A DNA stretch of 64,000 nucleotides from Candidatus Yaniella excrementigallinarum (GTDB lineage: Bacteria; Actinomycetota; Actinomycetes; Actinomycetales; Micrococcaceae): assembly GCA_019113675.1 (NCBI GenBank), contig DXHA01000006.1, positions 1,459 through 65,458 of the forward strand, given 5' to 3'. This document shows positions 20,958-31,441 of the stretch, one piece after another. The position numbers and the translations under genes are program-made. The notes below the pieces were generated by a model, which was not told the origin of the DNA, did no database searches, and saw only the letters and a list, made by a program, of their open reading frames with translations. Numbering within the stretch: position 1 is the first letter of the stretch; each line of letters starts with the position of its first letter.

Positions 20958-21062
20958 GTTATCGTCATCGGTTTCCCAACCAATGGGATGACACTTGGTT
21001 TTCGTGATGTACGCCTCGAAGATAAGAACGAAAGATCTTTGTCGTTATCGAGGTTGTCCACA

Positions 21063-22802
21063 ATGAATGAAAACACCACACCATCTTGGGACCGTGAGGT
21101 TGATCTGCTGGTGCTGGGCACCGGTGCTGCTGGCCTTTCTGCTGCCCTGACCGGTACTGCTGAAGGCCTTTCGGTATTGGCGCTGGAAAAAACCGATTTC
21201 ATTGGCGGAACCACTGCCTATTCCGCTGGCACCTGCTGGGTCCCTAATAACCACTTCCAAAAAGAAGACGGTGTGGACGAAAGTCGCGAAAAGGTGGAAC
21301 GTTACCTCGACGCGGTTGTGGGGGATAAGGCCGATAAGAAACTTCGTATGGCCTACGTGGATAACGGACCGGACATGTTGAAGTACATGGAAAACCTCGA
21401 CGTGAAGTTTTTACGGTCGCCTGCCGTTGTGGATTATCACTCTGAACTTCCAGAGACAGGCAAAACGGGTCGAGCCCTAGAGCCAGCACCTTTTGATGGT
21501 CGCAAGCTAGGCAAGGTACGGTTCCGAAATGTACGTCGTCCAGTACCAGAATTTGCGCTGATGGGTGGCGAGCTGATGGTACGACGTCCTGAGGTCAATA
21601 CTCTGTTGGGCCTATTTTCTAAAAAGCCTGCCCCCACGGCCAAAGCCGTTGGCACCGCTTTGAAACTTGGCACCCGGTGGGCTGCCGACCGACTATCCAA
21701 CCCTCGTGGTACCCGGCTGGTTATGGGTAATGCCCTGACAGCGCGGATGTACTATGAGACTCTGCGACGTGGTGGTGAGGTGTGGCTCAATGCTCAAACC
21801 AGCAAACTGGTGCGCGACGACGCCACTGGCCGTATCACCGGGGCAATCGTCGGTTACGGTGGCAAAGAATACCGGATTAAGGTTAGACGTGGCGTTGTCC
21901 TGGCAGCGGGTGGTTTTGCACAGTCACCCGAGCTTCGTGATAAATACCTGCCCTCCCCCACCCCGCAATTTTCCCGTGCGAATGAGGGTTCCACTGGCGA
22001 CACGATGAAGCTGTCACAAGCAGTGGGTGCGAAAGTAGGCAACGATAATGGTGAAAATGCTCTGTGGTTTCCATCATCCATTGGGATGCGTGCCGATGGT
22101 TCTACCGCGGTCTTCCCGCACATTTGGGATCGTGGAAAACCCGGTGTCATTGCCGTCAATGCTGCCGGTGAGCGCTTCGTCGATGAATCAGTGTCCTATC
22201 ACCGCTTTGTTCGGGCCATGTATGAAACCAATAAAACCGTTAGCACAGTACCGGCGTGGTTGATCGTCGATTCGCGTACGTTAGCTAAATACGGTCTTGG
22301 AATGATCACCATGCCGCACCTTCCAAAAGCCGCATTACAGAAATATATTGATTCCGGCTACCTACATGCGGGAAACACGCTTGAGGAGCTTGCCGACGAT
22401 ATCGGCGTGGATGCCGCCGGGCTGCGGGCAACAGTGAACCGGTATAACGGTTTTGCCCGCACCGGAGTCGATGAAGACTTCCATAAGGGCGAACTGGAAT
22501 TTGGTATTGCTGCTGGGGACCCCGAGCATACGCCCAATCCCAACGTTGGCCCGGTGGATAAAGCCCCATTCTATGCGATCGCTGTTGTTCCGACACCGCT
22601 GGCCACCGTATTTGGTATTTCGACTAACCAATATGCCCAGGTGATTGACCAACGCGGCGAGGCTATCCCTGGTCTGTACTCGGCAGGCAATGATGCCCAA
22701 TCCGTCATGGCTTCAGAATATCCAGGAGCCGGCACCCAAGTCGGTGCAGCAATGACTTTCGGTTGGGTCGCGGCCCGCCACGCTGCCCACAACGAATACT
22801 AA
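21063..22802 (+). CDS. FAD-dependent oxidoreductase (KstD / fumarate reductase flavoprotein-like), paralog C
   Basis: The ATG at 21063 gives [30 protein letters not shown]-terminal GLYSAGND. The listed ORF start (20913) overlaps the divergent IclR and is rejected. Confidence 0.8.
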   Translation: MNENTTPSWDREVDLLVLGTGAAGLSAALTGTAEGLSVLALEKTDFIGGTTAYSAGTCWVPNNHFQKEDGVDESREKVERYLDAVVGDKADKKLRMAYVDNGPDMLKYMENLDVKFLRSPAVVDYHSELPETGKTGRALEPAPFDGRKLGKVRFRNVRRPVPEFALMGGELMVRRPEVNTLLGLFSKKPAPTAKAVGTALKLGTRWAADRLSNPRGTRLVMGNALTARMYYETLRRGGEVWLNAQTSKLVRDDATGRITGAIVGYGGKEYRIKVRRGVVLAAGGFAQSPELRDKYLPSPTPQFSRANEGSTGDTMKLSQAVGAKVGNDNGENALWFPSSIGMRADGSTAVFPHIWDRGKPGVIAVNAAGERFVDESVSYHRFVRAMYETNKTVSTVPAWLIVDSRTLAKYGLGMITMPHLPKAALQKYIDSGYLHAGNTLEELADDIGVDAAGLRATVNRYNGFARTGVDEDFHKGELEFGIAAGDPEHTPNPNVGPVDKAPFYAIAVVPTPLATVFGISTNQYAQVIDQRGEAIPGLYSAGNDAQSVMASEYPGAGTQVGAAMTFGWVAARHAAHNEY

Positions 22803-22866
22803 TCGGGATTGACTCCCCATACTGGTACGGGTGTGCTAGAGGATTGGTTCGTTTTATGCTTGAACC

Positions 22867-25224
22867 ATGATTTCAGCCACACCTCATCCTGCCGATACCT
22901 TTGATGTTTTGCACGTCTTCGGTGCACGCGAAAATAACCTAAATAATGTGCAGGTTAGCATTCCCAAACGGCGACTCACCGTATGCACCGGGGTGTCTGG
23001 TTCCGGCAAATCGTCGCTGATTTTCAGCACGATTGCTGCCGAAGCACAACGGTTAGTTAACGAAACATACTCGACTTTCGTTCAGGGTTTTATGCCTCCT
23101 ACGACCCGTCCTGAAGTCGATCGTTTGGCTGGACTGACCACCACGATCGCCATTGACCAGGAGGCGTTACCAGCCAATCCGCGCTCAACCGTTGGTACGG
23201 TCACCGATGTTCATGCTTTGCTGCGGTTGTTGTATTCGCGGGTTGGGACCCCACACATTGGTGGGCCACAAGCATTTGCTTTTAATGTGGCTTCGGTGCA
23301 AGCCTCGGGACAAATCACCGTGCAAAAAGGCAGTACACCGGTTGTTGAACAACGCGATTTTAGTCTCAGTGGTGGCATGTGTCCGGTGTGTGAGGGTCGC
23401 GGATCAATATCCGATTTTGCCCTTGAGGAGCTTTATAACCCTGAATATTCCTTGGCCGATGGTGGGCTAAAAGTTCCCGGCTATTCCATGGACGGGTGGT
23501 ACGGCCGGCTATTTAGGGCTGCCGGGTTGGACTTGCATAAACCCATCATTGACTACACCGACGCTGAGCTCGATCTACTGCTTTATCGCGAACCGTTGAA
23601 AGTGCAATTCGAGGGCACAAATCTGACCTACGAAGGCATCATCCCACGGATTCGAAAGTCCATGCTGGCCAAAGATCGCGAAGCGATGCAGCCTCATATT
23701 CGCAAATTCGTAGATCGTGCCATTGTTTTCACCAAGTGCACAGCCTGTGAGGGCACCCGGCTCAATGAAACCGCCAGGTCGGTAACCATCGATGGCATAA
23801 ATATAGGTAAATTGGCCGGCTGGCAGGCCGATGAAGTCCTGGCTTGGATCAACGATCTCAATGTTCCTGCTGCAGAACCTCTGCTGCTGACCTTGCGTCG
23901 TTTACTTGAGGGTTTCGTCGACATTGGTTTGGGCTATCTGAGCCTGGACCGACCCTCGGGTACGTTGTCTGGTGGCGAAGCCCAGCGCGTGAAACTCATC
24001 CGTCAGCTCGGTTCGCCGCTAACTGATGTCACCTACGTCTTCGATGAGCCCACTGCCGGTCTGCATCCGGCCGATATTGTCCGGATGAATCAGCTGCTTT
24101 GCCAATTGCGCGATGCTGGCAATACCGTATTAGTCGTCGAACATCATCCTGATGTCATCGAAATTGCCGATCACATCATTGATCTTGGTCCCAGAGCTGG
24201 CACCCACGGCGGGGATGTGGTTTACGAAGGTGATGTTGCCGGACTGCGGGCTTCCGGCACGATTACCGGTAATAGTCTTGATCACCGTTGCGGTGTGAAG
24301 GAAGCTTTGCGCCAGCACACCGGCGCGTTGCACCTTGAACACGTCAGTCAGCATAACGTCCATAACGTTTCGGTCAGTATTCCAACCGGTGTTCTCACTG
24401 CTGTCACCGGGGTGGCCGGTTCTGGCAAATCTACGTTATTGGCCGCTGGGCTCGCAGAACGTGACGATGTGGTGGTCATCGACCAGGCCCCGATTCGGGG
24501 TTCACGCCGTTCTAATCCGGCAACCTATTCAGGCGCTCTGGATGCCATCCGCAAAGCATTCGCTAAAGCCCACCGAGTCAAACCCGGGCTATTTTCGTCG
24601 AATTCGGTTGGTGCCTGTCCCGAGTGCAAAGGCGCCGGCGTGATCTATTTGGATTTTGGGTTCATGCTCGGCCAGTCCGCGGTGTGCGGCGCCTGTCAGG
24701 GACGGCGATTCAACCACGAGGTGCTCGGCTATTTGCTCGGTGACAAAAATATTGCCGATGTGCTCGATTTACCCGCCGAAGCCGCAGTTGCCTACTTTCA
24801 GGAGGTTAACATCACGACTGCGGCGAAGATTGCCCAGCGGTTCGTTGACGTGGGTTTAGGTTACCTTCGTCTGGGCCAACCTCTGACAACGCTGTCGGGC
24901 GGCGAGCGCCAACGGCTCAAGCTGGTAACGAGCTTAGGCAAACCTGCCGATGTGTATGTGCTGGACGAACCGACTACCGGCTTGCACATCGCCGATGTGC
25001 ATCGGCTGATTACCGCATTGGATTCCCTGGTCGAACACGGCAGGACGGTAATTGTGATTGAACATGATCTCGACGTTGTGGCCGCAGCCGATTGGGTGAT
25101 CGATATGGGCCCGGGTGCTGGATCAGCCGGTGGCAGCATTATCTTTGAAGGCAGACCGGACCAATTGTGCCAGGCCGATACACCCACGGGGCAGCACTTG
25201 GCACAGGCGATATCCGCCCGCTAA
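22867..25224 (+). CDS. UvrA-like ABC ATPase, short class II form (UvrB-binding domain absent)
   Basis: 785 aa against about 950 for canonical UvrA. It has GVSGSGKSSL and GVAGSGKSTL Walker A motifs, two LSGGE signatures, and Zn modules (CPVCEGRG, CTACEGTR, CPECKGAG, CGACQGRR). Confidence 0.85.
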   Translation: MISATPHPADTFDVLHVFGARENNLNNVQVSIPKRRLTVCTGVSGSGKSSLIFSTIAAEAQRLVNETYSTFVQGFMPPTTRPEVDRLAGLTTTIAIDQEALPANPRSTVGTVTDVHALLRLLYSRVGTPHIGGPQAFAFNVASVQASGQITVQKGSTPVVEQRDFSLSGGMCPVCEGRGSISDFALEELYNPEYSLADGGLKVPGYSMDGWYGRLFRAAGLDLHKPIIDYTDAELDLLLYREPLKVQFEGTNLTYEGIIPRIRKSMLAKDREAMQPHIRKFVDRAIVFTKCTACEGTRLNETARSVTIDGINIGKLAGWQADEVLAWINDLNVPAAEPLLLTLRRLLEGFVDIGLGYLSLDRPSGTLSGGEAQRVKLIRQLGSPLTDVTYVFDEPTAGLHPADIVRMNQLLCQLRDAGNTVLVVEHHPDVIEIADHIIDLGPRAGTHGGDVVYEGDVAGLRASGTITGNSLDHRCGVKEALRQHTGALHLEHVSQHNVHNVSVSIPTGVLTAVTGVAGSGKSTLLAAGLAERDDVVVIDQAPIRGSRRSNPATYSGALDAIRKAFAKAHRVKPGLFSSNSVGACPECKGAGVIYLDFGFMLGQSAVCGACQGRRFNHEVLGYLLGDKNIADVLDLPAEAAVAYFQEVNITTAAKIAQRFVDVGLGYLRLGQPLTTLSGGERQRLKLVTSLGKPADVYVLDEPTTGLHIADVHRLITALDSLVEHGRTVIVIEHDLDVVAAADWVIDMGPGAGSAGGSIIFEGRPDQLCQADTPTGQHLAQAISAR

Positions 25225-25251
25225 GTGCCAAGGCACCCCGTGTATGTGGGC

Positions 25252-26535
25252 TTATTTGACCGGTTGTCCATCAATCCAGACCCCAGCGATATCTGCCGGG
25301 GTGCCCATAGCAAAGAGCTTGGCCAACGCGTCTTCGTCGTCTGCGGCATTGGTGATACCGACATCCAGTGGTTGCCCCGTTGTGGGGCGCACAAGAACCG
25401 CATCGAAGCGCTTCCCCTCCGACAGATCGCCGACTTTATCGTCAAGATCTAGGGCTTGGGCACCGGCTTTGGTGGCTAAATGCAGCAGGTGGGCAGAGGT
25501 CAGTGGTTGTCCCCCGTTTGGATCAAGCTGTTGCATGAAGTATGCCTGCACGCCCTCTTTGAACATGCTAAAACCGTTTCCGGCGCCCACATCTGTGCCC
25601 AGTGCTACCTTGACGCCGGCTTCGATGTGTCGGCGTAACGGGAAGAACCCGCTAGCCAGAGCTGAATTCGACGTCGGGCAGTGTGCTGCTGCGGCCCCGG
25701 TTTCGGCCATTCGTGCCAGTTCTCGATCATTTGGATGAACATTATGGGCCAGGATTGTGTTGCGGTCCAATAATCCTGCCTTGTCATAGGTATCCAGATA
25801 ATCCTGTGCTTGCGGATGGACCTGGGCGACGCCGGCAATTTCGTCATGGTTTTCGTTCAGGTGCGAGGTCACTGAAATTCCTGGGTTGTCACGGACCAGC
25901 TGGCCACCGGCGGCCAGCAGTTCGGGACCGGCAGATAGGGAGAAACGCGGTGTGACGGCATAGCGCAGCCTGGACTGACCATGCCAGCGATCGATGAGCT
26001 GCTGGGATTCGCTCAGCGACCTATCCACGGTGGTTAGTAGTGGTTCAGGTAAGTTGCGGTCACTGGTGACCAGCCCGGTGGTCATGCGCAGTCCGAGTTC
26101 TGCGGCACGAGCAAACAGGATGTCGACGGCGGATGCGAAGTGCGCGCCGAAGACCATGGCTGAGGTAGTCCCCGAACCAATGAGGCCGGTGAGAAATTCA
26201 TCGGCCACGTTGCGGGCGTAGGCGTCGTCAACGAGTTTTTCTTCTTCGGGTAGTGCGCATTCATTGAGCCATTCCAGCAGTGGTTTGCCCAGATGGCCGA
26301 TGGCCCGGATCTGTGGGTAATGCACGTGGGTGTCAATCAGGCCGGGGATGAGAATACCATCGCGTAGGTCAATGACTTCGGCATCGGGGTGGGCTGTGGT
26401 AGCGGTGCCGATATCGGTGCGGGCGATGATCTTGCCGTCGTCGACAACCAGCGCAATATCAGTGTCTGAGCGCAGCTGCCCGCCGGTAAAGGGATTGGTG
26501 GGTGTATCGAAAACTCGGGCACGGTAAATGTACAT
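25252..26535 (-). CDS. guaD: Guanine deaminase
   Basis: The ATG at 26535 gives MYIYRARVFDTP.... It has PGLIDTHVHYPQ metal/guanine-deaminase motif and the amidohydrolase fold. It sits next to xdhABC. The 85-aa Arg-rich extension of the listed ORF is rejected. Confidence 0.85.
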   Translation of the reverse strand: MYIYRARVFDTPTNPFTGGQLRSDTDIALVVDDGKIIARTDIGTATTAHPDAEVIDLRDGILIPGLIDTHVHYPQIRAIGHLGKPLLEWLNECALPEEEKLVDDAYARNVADEFLTGLIGSGTTSAMVFGAHFASAVDILFARAAELGLRMTTGLVTSDRNLPEPLLTTVDRSLSESQQLIDRWHGQSRLRYAVTPRFSLSAGPELLAAGGQLVRDNPGISVTSHLNENHDEIAGVAQVHPQAQDYLDTYDKAGLLDRNTILAHNVHPNDRELARMAETGAAAAHCPTSNSALASGFFPLRRHIEAGVKVALGTDVGAGNGFSMFKEGVQAYFMQQLDPNGGQPLTSAHLLHLATKAGAQALDLDDKVGDLSEGKRFDAVLVRPTTGQPLDVGITNAADDEDALAKLFAMGTPADIAGVWIDGQPVK

Positions 26536-26570
26536 GGTGTGGGTATCCTTGGGGGTGAGTCGAAGTGAAT

Positions 26571-27356
26571 TCAGGCCATCCGGTGGAGCAGCCCGGCAGC
26601 GACGCTGACAGCGATTGATGCCGGCTCCTTGCCGGGCAGGTCGGGCAGACCGATGGGGCAGTCGATGGTGTCGACGGTTTCGGCCTCGTGGCCTTCGGCC
26701 ATCAGATTTTTGCGGAACCGTTGCCATTTGGCGTTGGAGCCGATCAGCCCGATAGAGCCCAGTTCTCCGTGGCGTAGCGCGGCATCGCAAAGAAACAGGT
26801 CCTCGGCGTGGTCATGGGTCATGATTAGCACATGCGAGCCGGCAGGTAATGCGTTGACTACCTGTTCGCCGGCTACCGCGCAGTTGCGTTTAATTCGAGC
26901 CACCGGGGGCTCAAGATGATCGAGTTCGGCCAGGTAGTCGGGACGTGAGTCGGTCAGTTGTAATTCGATGTCTTGTCGGCCCAGTACCCGGGCCAGTTCC
27001 AGACCGATATTCCCGATCCCAAAAACCGCGACGGTGGTGGGCACCGGCAGTGGTTCAAAGAAGACGGTCACTTCTCCGCCACAGCATTGCCGTCCATATT
27101 TTGCCGGTGCCTTATCGTTAAGGCGCAATGTGAGCACTTCGGGTTCAGTATTGCCCTCGGCCAGTAGCTCGCGGGCCCGGGTGACGGCGGTCATTTCAAG
27201 GTTGCCGCCGCCGATGGTGCCGTGTAATTCCTCGGCGGTAACAATCAGTTTGGCGCCGGCCTCACGTGGGGCGTGCCCGCGAACGCTGGCTAAGGTCACC
27301 AGTACAGCCGGTACCCGGGCATCACGCAGTTCGGCTGCTGTATCAATCCAGGTCAT
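26571..27356 (-). CDS. xdhC: Xanthine dehydrogenase accessory/maturation protein XdhC
   Basis: 261 aa with XdhC/CoxI N-terminal (VLVTLASVRGHAPREAGAK) and Rossmann domains. ATGA overlap with xdhB. Confidence 0.85.
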   Translation of the reverse strand: MTWIDTAAELRDARVPAVLVTLASVRGHAPREAGAKLIVTAEELHGTIGGGNLEMTAVTRARELLAEGNTEPEVLTLRLNDKAPAKYGRQCCGGEVTVFFEPLPVPTTVAVFGIGNIGLELARVLGRQDIELQLTDSRPDYLAELDHLEPPVARIKRNCAVAGEQVVNALPAGSHVLIMTHDHAEDLFLCDAALRHGELGSIGLIGSNAKWQRFRKNLMAEGHEAETVDTIDCPIGLPDLPGKEPASIAVSVAAGLLHRMA

Positions 27357-29743
27357 GACGGAACTCTCCGGTCTTCCGCAATGCCGACTGCCGGTGTTGG
27401 TGGGGTGCCTAGCTGATGGCCGCGTGCGGTTTCGATCGCCCAGAACACGGCTTCCGGAGTAGCCGGTGAGGCCAGATCAACGCTTGTGCCGGCCGGTCCG
27501 AATGCCGCCACTGCCTCACGCAGTGCTTCACGAACCGAAAAAGCAAGCATCAACGGCGGCTCGCCCACCGCTTTGGACCCATAGATGGCGCCTTCTTCGT
27601 GAGCTTTATCCAGTAGGGCAACGTTGAATTCTTCCGGGGCTTCCGAGAAGCTGGGAATCTTATAGGTGCTGGCCCCTTGGGTAGCCACCCGACCCCGGCC
27701 GGGCCCATCGGAGGTATCCCAGCGCAGGTCTTCAAGCGTCAACCAGCCAGCACCCTGGACGAAACCGCCTTCGATTTGTCCCAGATCGATCAACGGCGAT
27801 AGTGAGTCACCGACGTCGTGGACAATATCGACGCGTCGCAGAACATAGGAGCCGTCAAAGGCACTGACCTCAACCTCACTGGCGGCCACTCCGTAGACGA
27901 AGTATTTAAACGGTTCGCCCTTCATGATCGATAGATCCCAGTGCAGCCCTTCGGTACGGTAGAAACCGGCCGCGGACAACTGGATCCGCTGGAAGTAAGC
28001 TGTATTTACCAGCTCTTGCCACGTCACGGTTTCTTTCGACGATAATGCTGAGACGACACCGCGGTTAAAACGCACCTCGTGTGCTGGCGCACCAAGCATT
28101 CCAGCGGCAACCTGTGTCAGACGCGACTGGATCTGTTCGCAGGCGTCTTTGACGGCACCACCATTGAGATCGGTACCAGAACTGGCCGCTGTTGCCGAGG
28201 TATTGGGCACCTTATCGGTGCGCGTGGGTGCCAACCGCACCATCGATAATGGCACCCCGAGGGTTGTGGCGGCTACTTGCAACATTTTGGTGTGCAAGCC
28301 CTGACCCATTTCGGTGCCACCGTGGTTGACGAGTACGGAACCGTCTTTATATACCAACACCAGCGCACCACCTTGGTTAAAGGCGGTCAGGTTGAATGAG
28401 ATACCGAATTTCACCGGGGTCATAGCGATCGCACGTTTGACGTATTGGTTGCGGGCATTAAACTCGGCAACCTCTGCCTGCCGGGCTTCAATATCGGCAT
28501 TGGTGACGACCTGGTTCCATGCGGTGACTAGCCGGTCGTGTTGGCGTACCGGCTGGTAGTAGGGGGTGTCCTGGCCTTCGGAGTAGAAGTTTCGTCGACG
28601 TAGTTCTGCCGGGCTCAGCCCAAGTTTGGGGGCCACCCGGCCCAAGAGATCTTCCATCACCAGCATGCCTTGGGGCCCACCGAAACCACGAAACGCCGTC
28701 TGGGAGGTTTTGTGGCATTTTGCGATGCGTCCATGCACCCGAATATTGGGCACCCAATAGGCGTTATCGATGTGACATAGGGCCCGGGTCAGTACCGGTT
28801 CGGATAGGTCCAGGCTCCAACCGCCGTCGGAGGTCAGCGTGGCCTCCAGTGCCACAATTTTGCCGTCCTGGCTAAAACCGACTTTCCAGCTGGAATGAAA
28901 GCCGTGGCGTTTGCCGGTCATGGTGATATCTAAGGTGCGATTCAACCGCAGTCTGACCGGGCGTCCGGTGAGTGTGGCTCCGAGTGCGGCAACGGCGGCA
29001 TAACCGTGGGACTGCATCTCTTTACCACCAAATCCACCGCCCATCCGCAGGCACTGGATGGTGACTTCGTGGGCGGGTACACCAAGAACTTGGGCAACAA
29101 TATCTTGGGCCTCAGTGGGGTGTTGAGTCGAAGAGTTGACCATAACTTGGCCGTTTTCATCCACCTGGGCTAGAGCAGCCTGGGTTTCTAAGTAGAAGTG
29201 CTCTTGACCGGCGAACTCCAATTCACCGGTGAAAATATGGGCGGCCTGTTCGAAACCAGCATCCAGGTCACCTTTAGCCATCACCGGCTGGATGCCATGG
29301 AAACTGTCAGCCTCAATGGCATCTTTTACGGTAATAAGCGATGGTAGTTCTTCGACGTCGACGACGACGTGAGCTGCGGCTTCCCTAGCCGCCTCGAGGG
29401 TATCGGCCAGCACCCAGGCGATGGGCTGACCGTAGAACATGATTTCGTCCTCGGGCAGCATGGGCTCATCCTGTTTGGCGCCCTGGTCGTTGACGCCGGG
29501 AATGTCTTGGGCGGTGATAACCCGCACGACACCTGGCACCTCATAGGCACCCGAGGGGTCAACCGAATTGAGTTTGGCGTGCGCATTGGTGGATTGCACA
29601 GGATAGGCGTGCAGCAGCCCGGTGAGTCGTCCACCTAGATCATCGGTGTATAGGGCTCGACCGGTGACGTGATCAAAAGCGCTTTCGTGGTAGTGGGTCT
29701 CGCCGACGATGGGGTCGGCGGGTCGCTGTGATAGGTGGCTCAT
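27353..29743 (-). CDS. xdhB: Xanthine dehydrogenase molybdopterin-binding subunit
   Basis: 796 aa. Aldehyde oxidase/xanthine dehydrogenase a/b-hammerhead and Moco-binding motifs are present (GGGFGGKE, FRGFGGPQG, GTEMGQG, KAVGEPP). Confidence 0.9.
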   Translation of the reverse strand: MSHLSQRPADPIVGETHYHESAFDHVTGRALYTDDLGGRLTGLLHAYPVQSTNAHAKLNSVDPSGAYEVPGVVRVITAQDIPGVNDQGAKQDEPMLPEDEIMFYGQPIAWVLADTLEAAREAAAHVVVDVEELPSLITVKDAIEADSFHGIQPVMAKGDLDAGFEQAAHIFTGELEFAGQEHFYLETQAALAQVDENGQVMVNSSTQHPTEAQDIVAQVLGVPAHEVTIQCLRMGGGFGGKEMQSHGYAAVAALGATLTGRPVRLRLNRTLDITMTGKRHGFHSSWKVGFSQDGKIVALEATLTSDGGWSLDLSEPVLTRALCHIDNAYWVPNIRVHGRIAKCHKTSQTAFRGFGGPQGMLVMEDLLGRVAPKLGLSPAELRRRNFYSEGQDTPYYQPVRQHDRLVTAWNQVVTNADIEARQAEVAEFNARNQYVKRAIAMTPVKFGISFNLTAFNQGGALVLVYKDGSVLVNHGGTEMGQGLHTKMLQVAATTLGVPLSMVRLAPTRTDKVPNTSATAASSGTDLNGGAVKDACEQIQSRLTQVAAGMLGAPAHEVRFNRGVVSALSSKETVTWQELVNTAYFQRIQLSAAGFYRTEGLHWDLSIMKGEPFKYFVYGVAASEVEVSAFDGSYVLRRVDIVHDVGDSLSPLIDLGQIEGGFVQGAGWLTLEDLRWDTSDGPGRGRVATQGASTYKIPSFSEAPEEFNVALLDKAHEEGAIYGSKAVGEPPLMLAFSVREALREAVAAFGPAGTSVDLASPATPEAVFWAIETARGHQLGTPPTPAVGIAEDRRVPS

Positions 29744-31233
29744 CGGCTTTCCCCTTTCGTGGCGCCGGAGTCAATGTTGGTCTCAAGATGTTGAGCATAA
29801 AAACGTTCCAGTGAGGAGCGCAGCATCGCAATCCGGTACTGTGAGCTCGCCCGGTGGTCATCCATAGGGGTGCCTTCTGATGCAAGCACTTCTGCCGCGC
29901 TGCGGAAGGCGTCCAAGTTGAATGGTGCACCTTCCAGCTTGGCTTCGGTGTCTTTGGCTCGTAATGGGGTGGCGGCAACTCCGCCTAAACCGATGCGAGC
30001 CTTGGTCACGATGCCGTGTTCAACGGTGAGAGCATAACCGATCGCAACCGAGGAGATATCGTCGAAACGGCGTTTGGCGATCTTTTGGAATGAGGTCAGC
30101 GGTGCCAGCGGCCGCGGGATGCGGATCGCGCTGATCAGTTCGTCGTCGTCGGCAATGGTTTGTCGGTAACCGGTGAAAAAGTCGGCTAGGTCTACGACGC
30201 GCTGGCCACGGACCGAGCTCAGTACCAGTTGGGCTTCCAGGGCCAGCAGCGCCGGCGGGGTATCACCGATCGGCGAGCCGGTGCCCAGGTTGCCACCAAT
30301 TGTGGCCGCATTACGGATGAGCCGGGAGGCGAATTGGGGAAACAGGCTGCCCAGCAGCGGTATGGATCCGGCCAGTTCACGCTCTAACTCCGACAGGGTG
30401 TGAGCTGCACCCAGCTCAATGTAGTCATCGGTGTATTGGATGCCGCGCAATTCGGCTAAGCGGTCAATAGCCAGCACGGATTTAGCACGAACGCCTTTGA
30501 TATTGACCTCAACACCAAAGTCGGTAGCCCCGGCTACCAGCTGTGTTTCAGGTTCAGCAGCCAGGATATCCAGGGCTTCATCCAATGTTGCTGGACGACG
30601 AAAGCGACCGATTTTCCCGCTTGCGGTATCAGCTGCGGTGATATCTGTTGCCACCGGTTGCGGAGCCGGTTGACCGCGGCGAGCTGCAAGCGCGTCGTCA
30701 GTCTCGGGTTGGCCTAAGGCATACGCGGCATCCCGGATGGGCCGGTACCCGGTGCAACGGCATAGGTTGCCGGATAATGAATGTATGTCAAAACCATTGG
30801 GGCCACAATCATCACAGGCTGCTTGGGCGTCGTCGGCGCGTTCTGGGCGATAAAATTCAGCTGCCATCGAGCAGATGAATCCAGGGGTGCAGTAACCGCA
30901 TTGGGAACCGCCACGTACGGCCATCTCTTGTTGTACCGGGTGAAGTTCTTCGCTCTCCAGCCCCTCTGCGGTGATGACTTCCTGGCCGTCTAGCGCCGCT
31001 GCGGGCAGTAGACACGAGTTCATCGACGTCCAGCGGGTGGTGCCATCGGTATCAGGGCGGGCGACCATAATTGCACAAGCCCCGCATTCGCCTTCCGCGC
31101 AGCCTTCCTTGGCTGCAGTCAGGCCCTGGTCGCGGAAAAATTCCAGGGCATTTTGGTGTGGGGGACCCTCAAAGTTACGCGTTTGTCCATTGACAGAAAC
31201 CTGCGTGGCTGAGCGAAATGTCGTCGAAGACAT
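29740..31233 (-). CDS. xdhA: Xanthine dehydrogenase small subunit (2Fe-2S + FAD-binding)
   Basis: Two [2Fe-2S] cysteine clusters (CAEGECGAC; CGYCTPG...CRCTGY) plus a FAD-binding domain. I prefer the start at MSSTTF (31233). Confidence 0.9.
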   Translation of the reverse strand: MSSTTFRSATQVSVNGQTRNFEGPPHQNALEFFRDQGLTAAKEGCAEGECGACAIMVARPDTDGTTRWTSMNSCLLPAAALDGQEVITAEGLESEELHPVQQEMAVRGGSQCGYCTPGFICSMAAEFYRPERADDAQAACDDCGPNGFDIHSLSGNLCRCTGYRPIRDAAYALGQPETDDALAARRGQPAPQPVATDITAADTASGKIGRFRRPATLDEALDILAAEPETQLVAGATDFGVEVNIKGVRAKSVLAIDRLAELRGIQYTDDYIELGAAHTLSELERELAGSIPLLGSLFPQFASRLIRNAATIGGNLGTGSPIGDTPPALLALEAQLVLSSVRGQRVVDLADFFTGYRQTIADDDELISAIRIPRPLAPLTSFQKIAKRRFDDISSVAIGYALTVEHGIVTKARIGLGGVAATPLRAKDTEAKLEGAPFNLDAFRSAAEVLASEGTPMDDHRASSQYRIAMLRSSLERFYAQHLETNIDSGATKGESR

Positions 31234-31441
31234 CGCACCTAACCTCCTGTGCCTCAATATTAAGGCGCACTATGCATGGTTGGAACAAGTACTCTTAGTT
31301 CTTCGAAACTTCTGGTTATCCATGCGAACAGTAGTGAAGAACATCGGGGTCAACGCGACAAAGAGCGGTCGCGGACCGCCGATGCTCACTCCCCGTGGGC
31401 GATCTGCCCCTTGGGCCAGGCTGTGTTCTGATTCACATTAC

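Noticed and set aside
21021-21049. Palindromic element AAAGATCTTT flanked by GATAA/TTATC, 14 bp upstream of flavoprotein C and a possible IclR operator.
   Set aside because: Only the central 10 bp is a perfect palindrome and the arms align poorly. It is plausible but not strong enough to list as a feature without binding data.
26536-26790. N-terminal extensions of listed ORFs. Examples: guanine deaminase 25252..26790, opu ATPase up to 60639, flavoprotein C from 20913, cyt b-Moco up to 47356, aroE up to 11341, YciI up to 9523 and ArsR up to 53407.
   Set aside because: The extensions are Arg/His-rich nonsense and overlap neighbouring genes. They also lie upstream of internal starts that have good Shine-Dalgarno sequences or ATGA coupling and the expected family N-termini.
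31234-31441. Possible purine riboswitch in the xdhA leader (GCAUGG...CCAUGC stem enclosing GUUUCGAAG), and a second candidate hairpin AATGCGA...TCGCATT in the permease leader (about 32995-33031).
   Set aside because: The conserved junction and loop sequences of purine riboswitches are not present, and only generic stems are seen. A covariance-model scan is needed before any claim.
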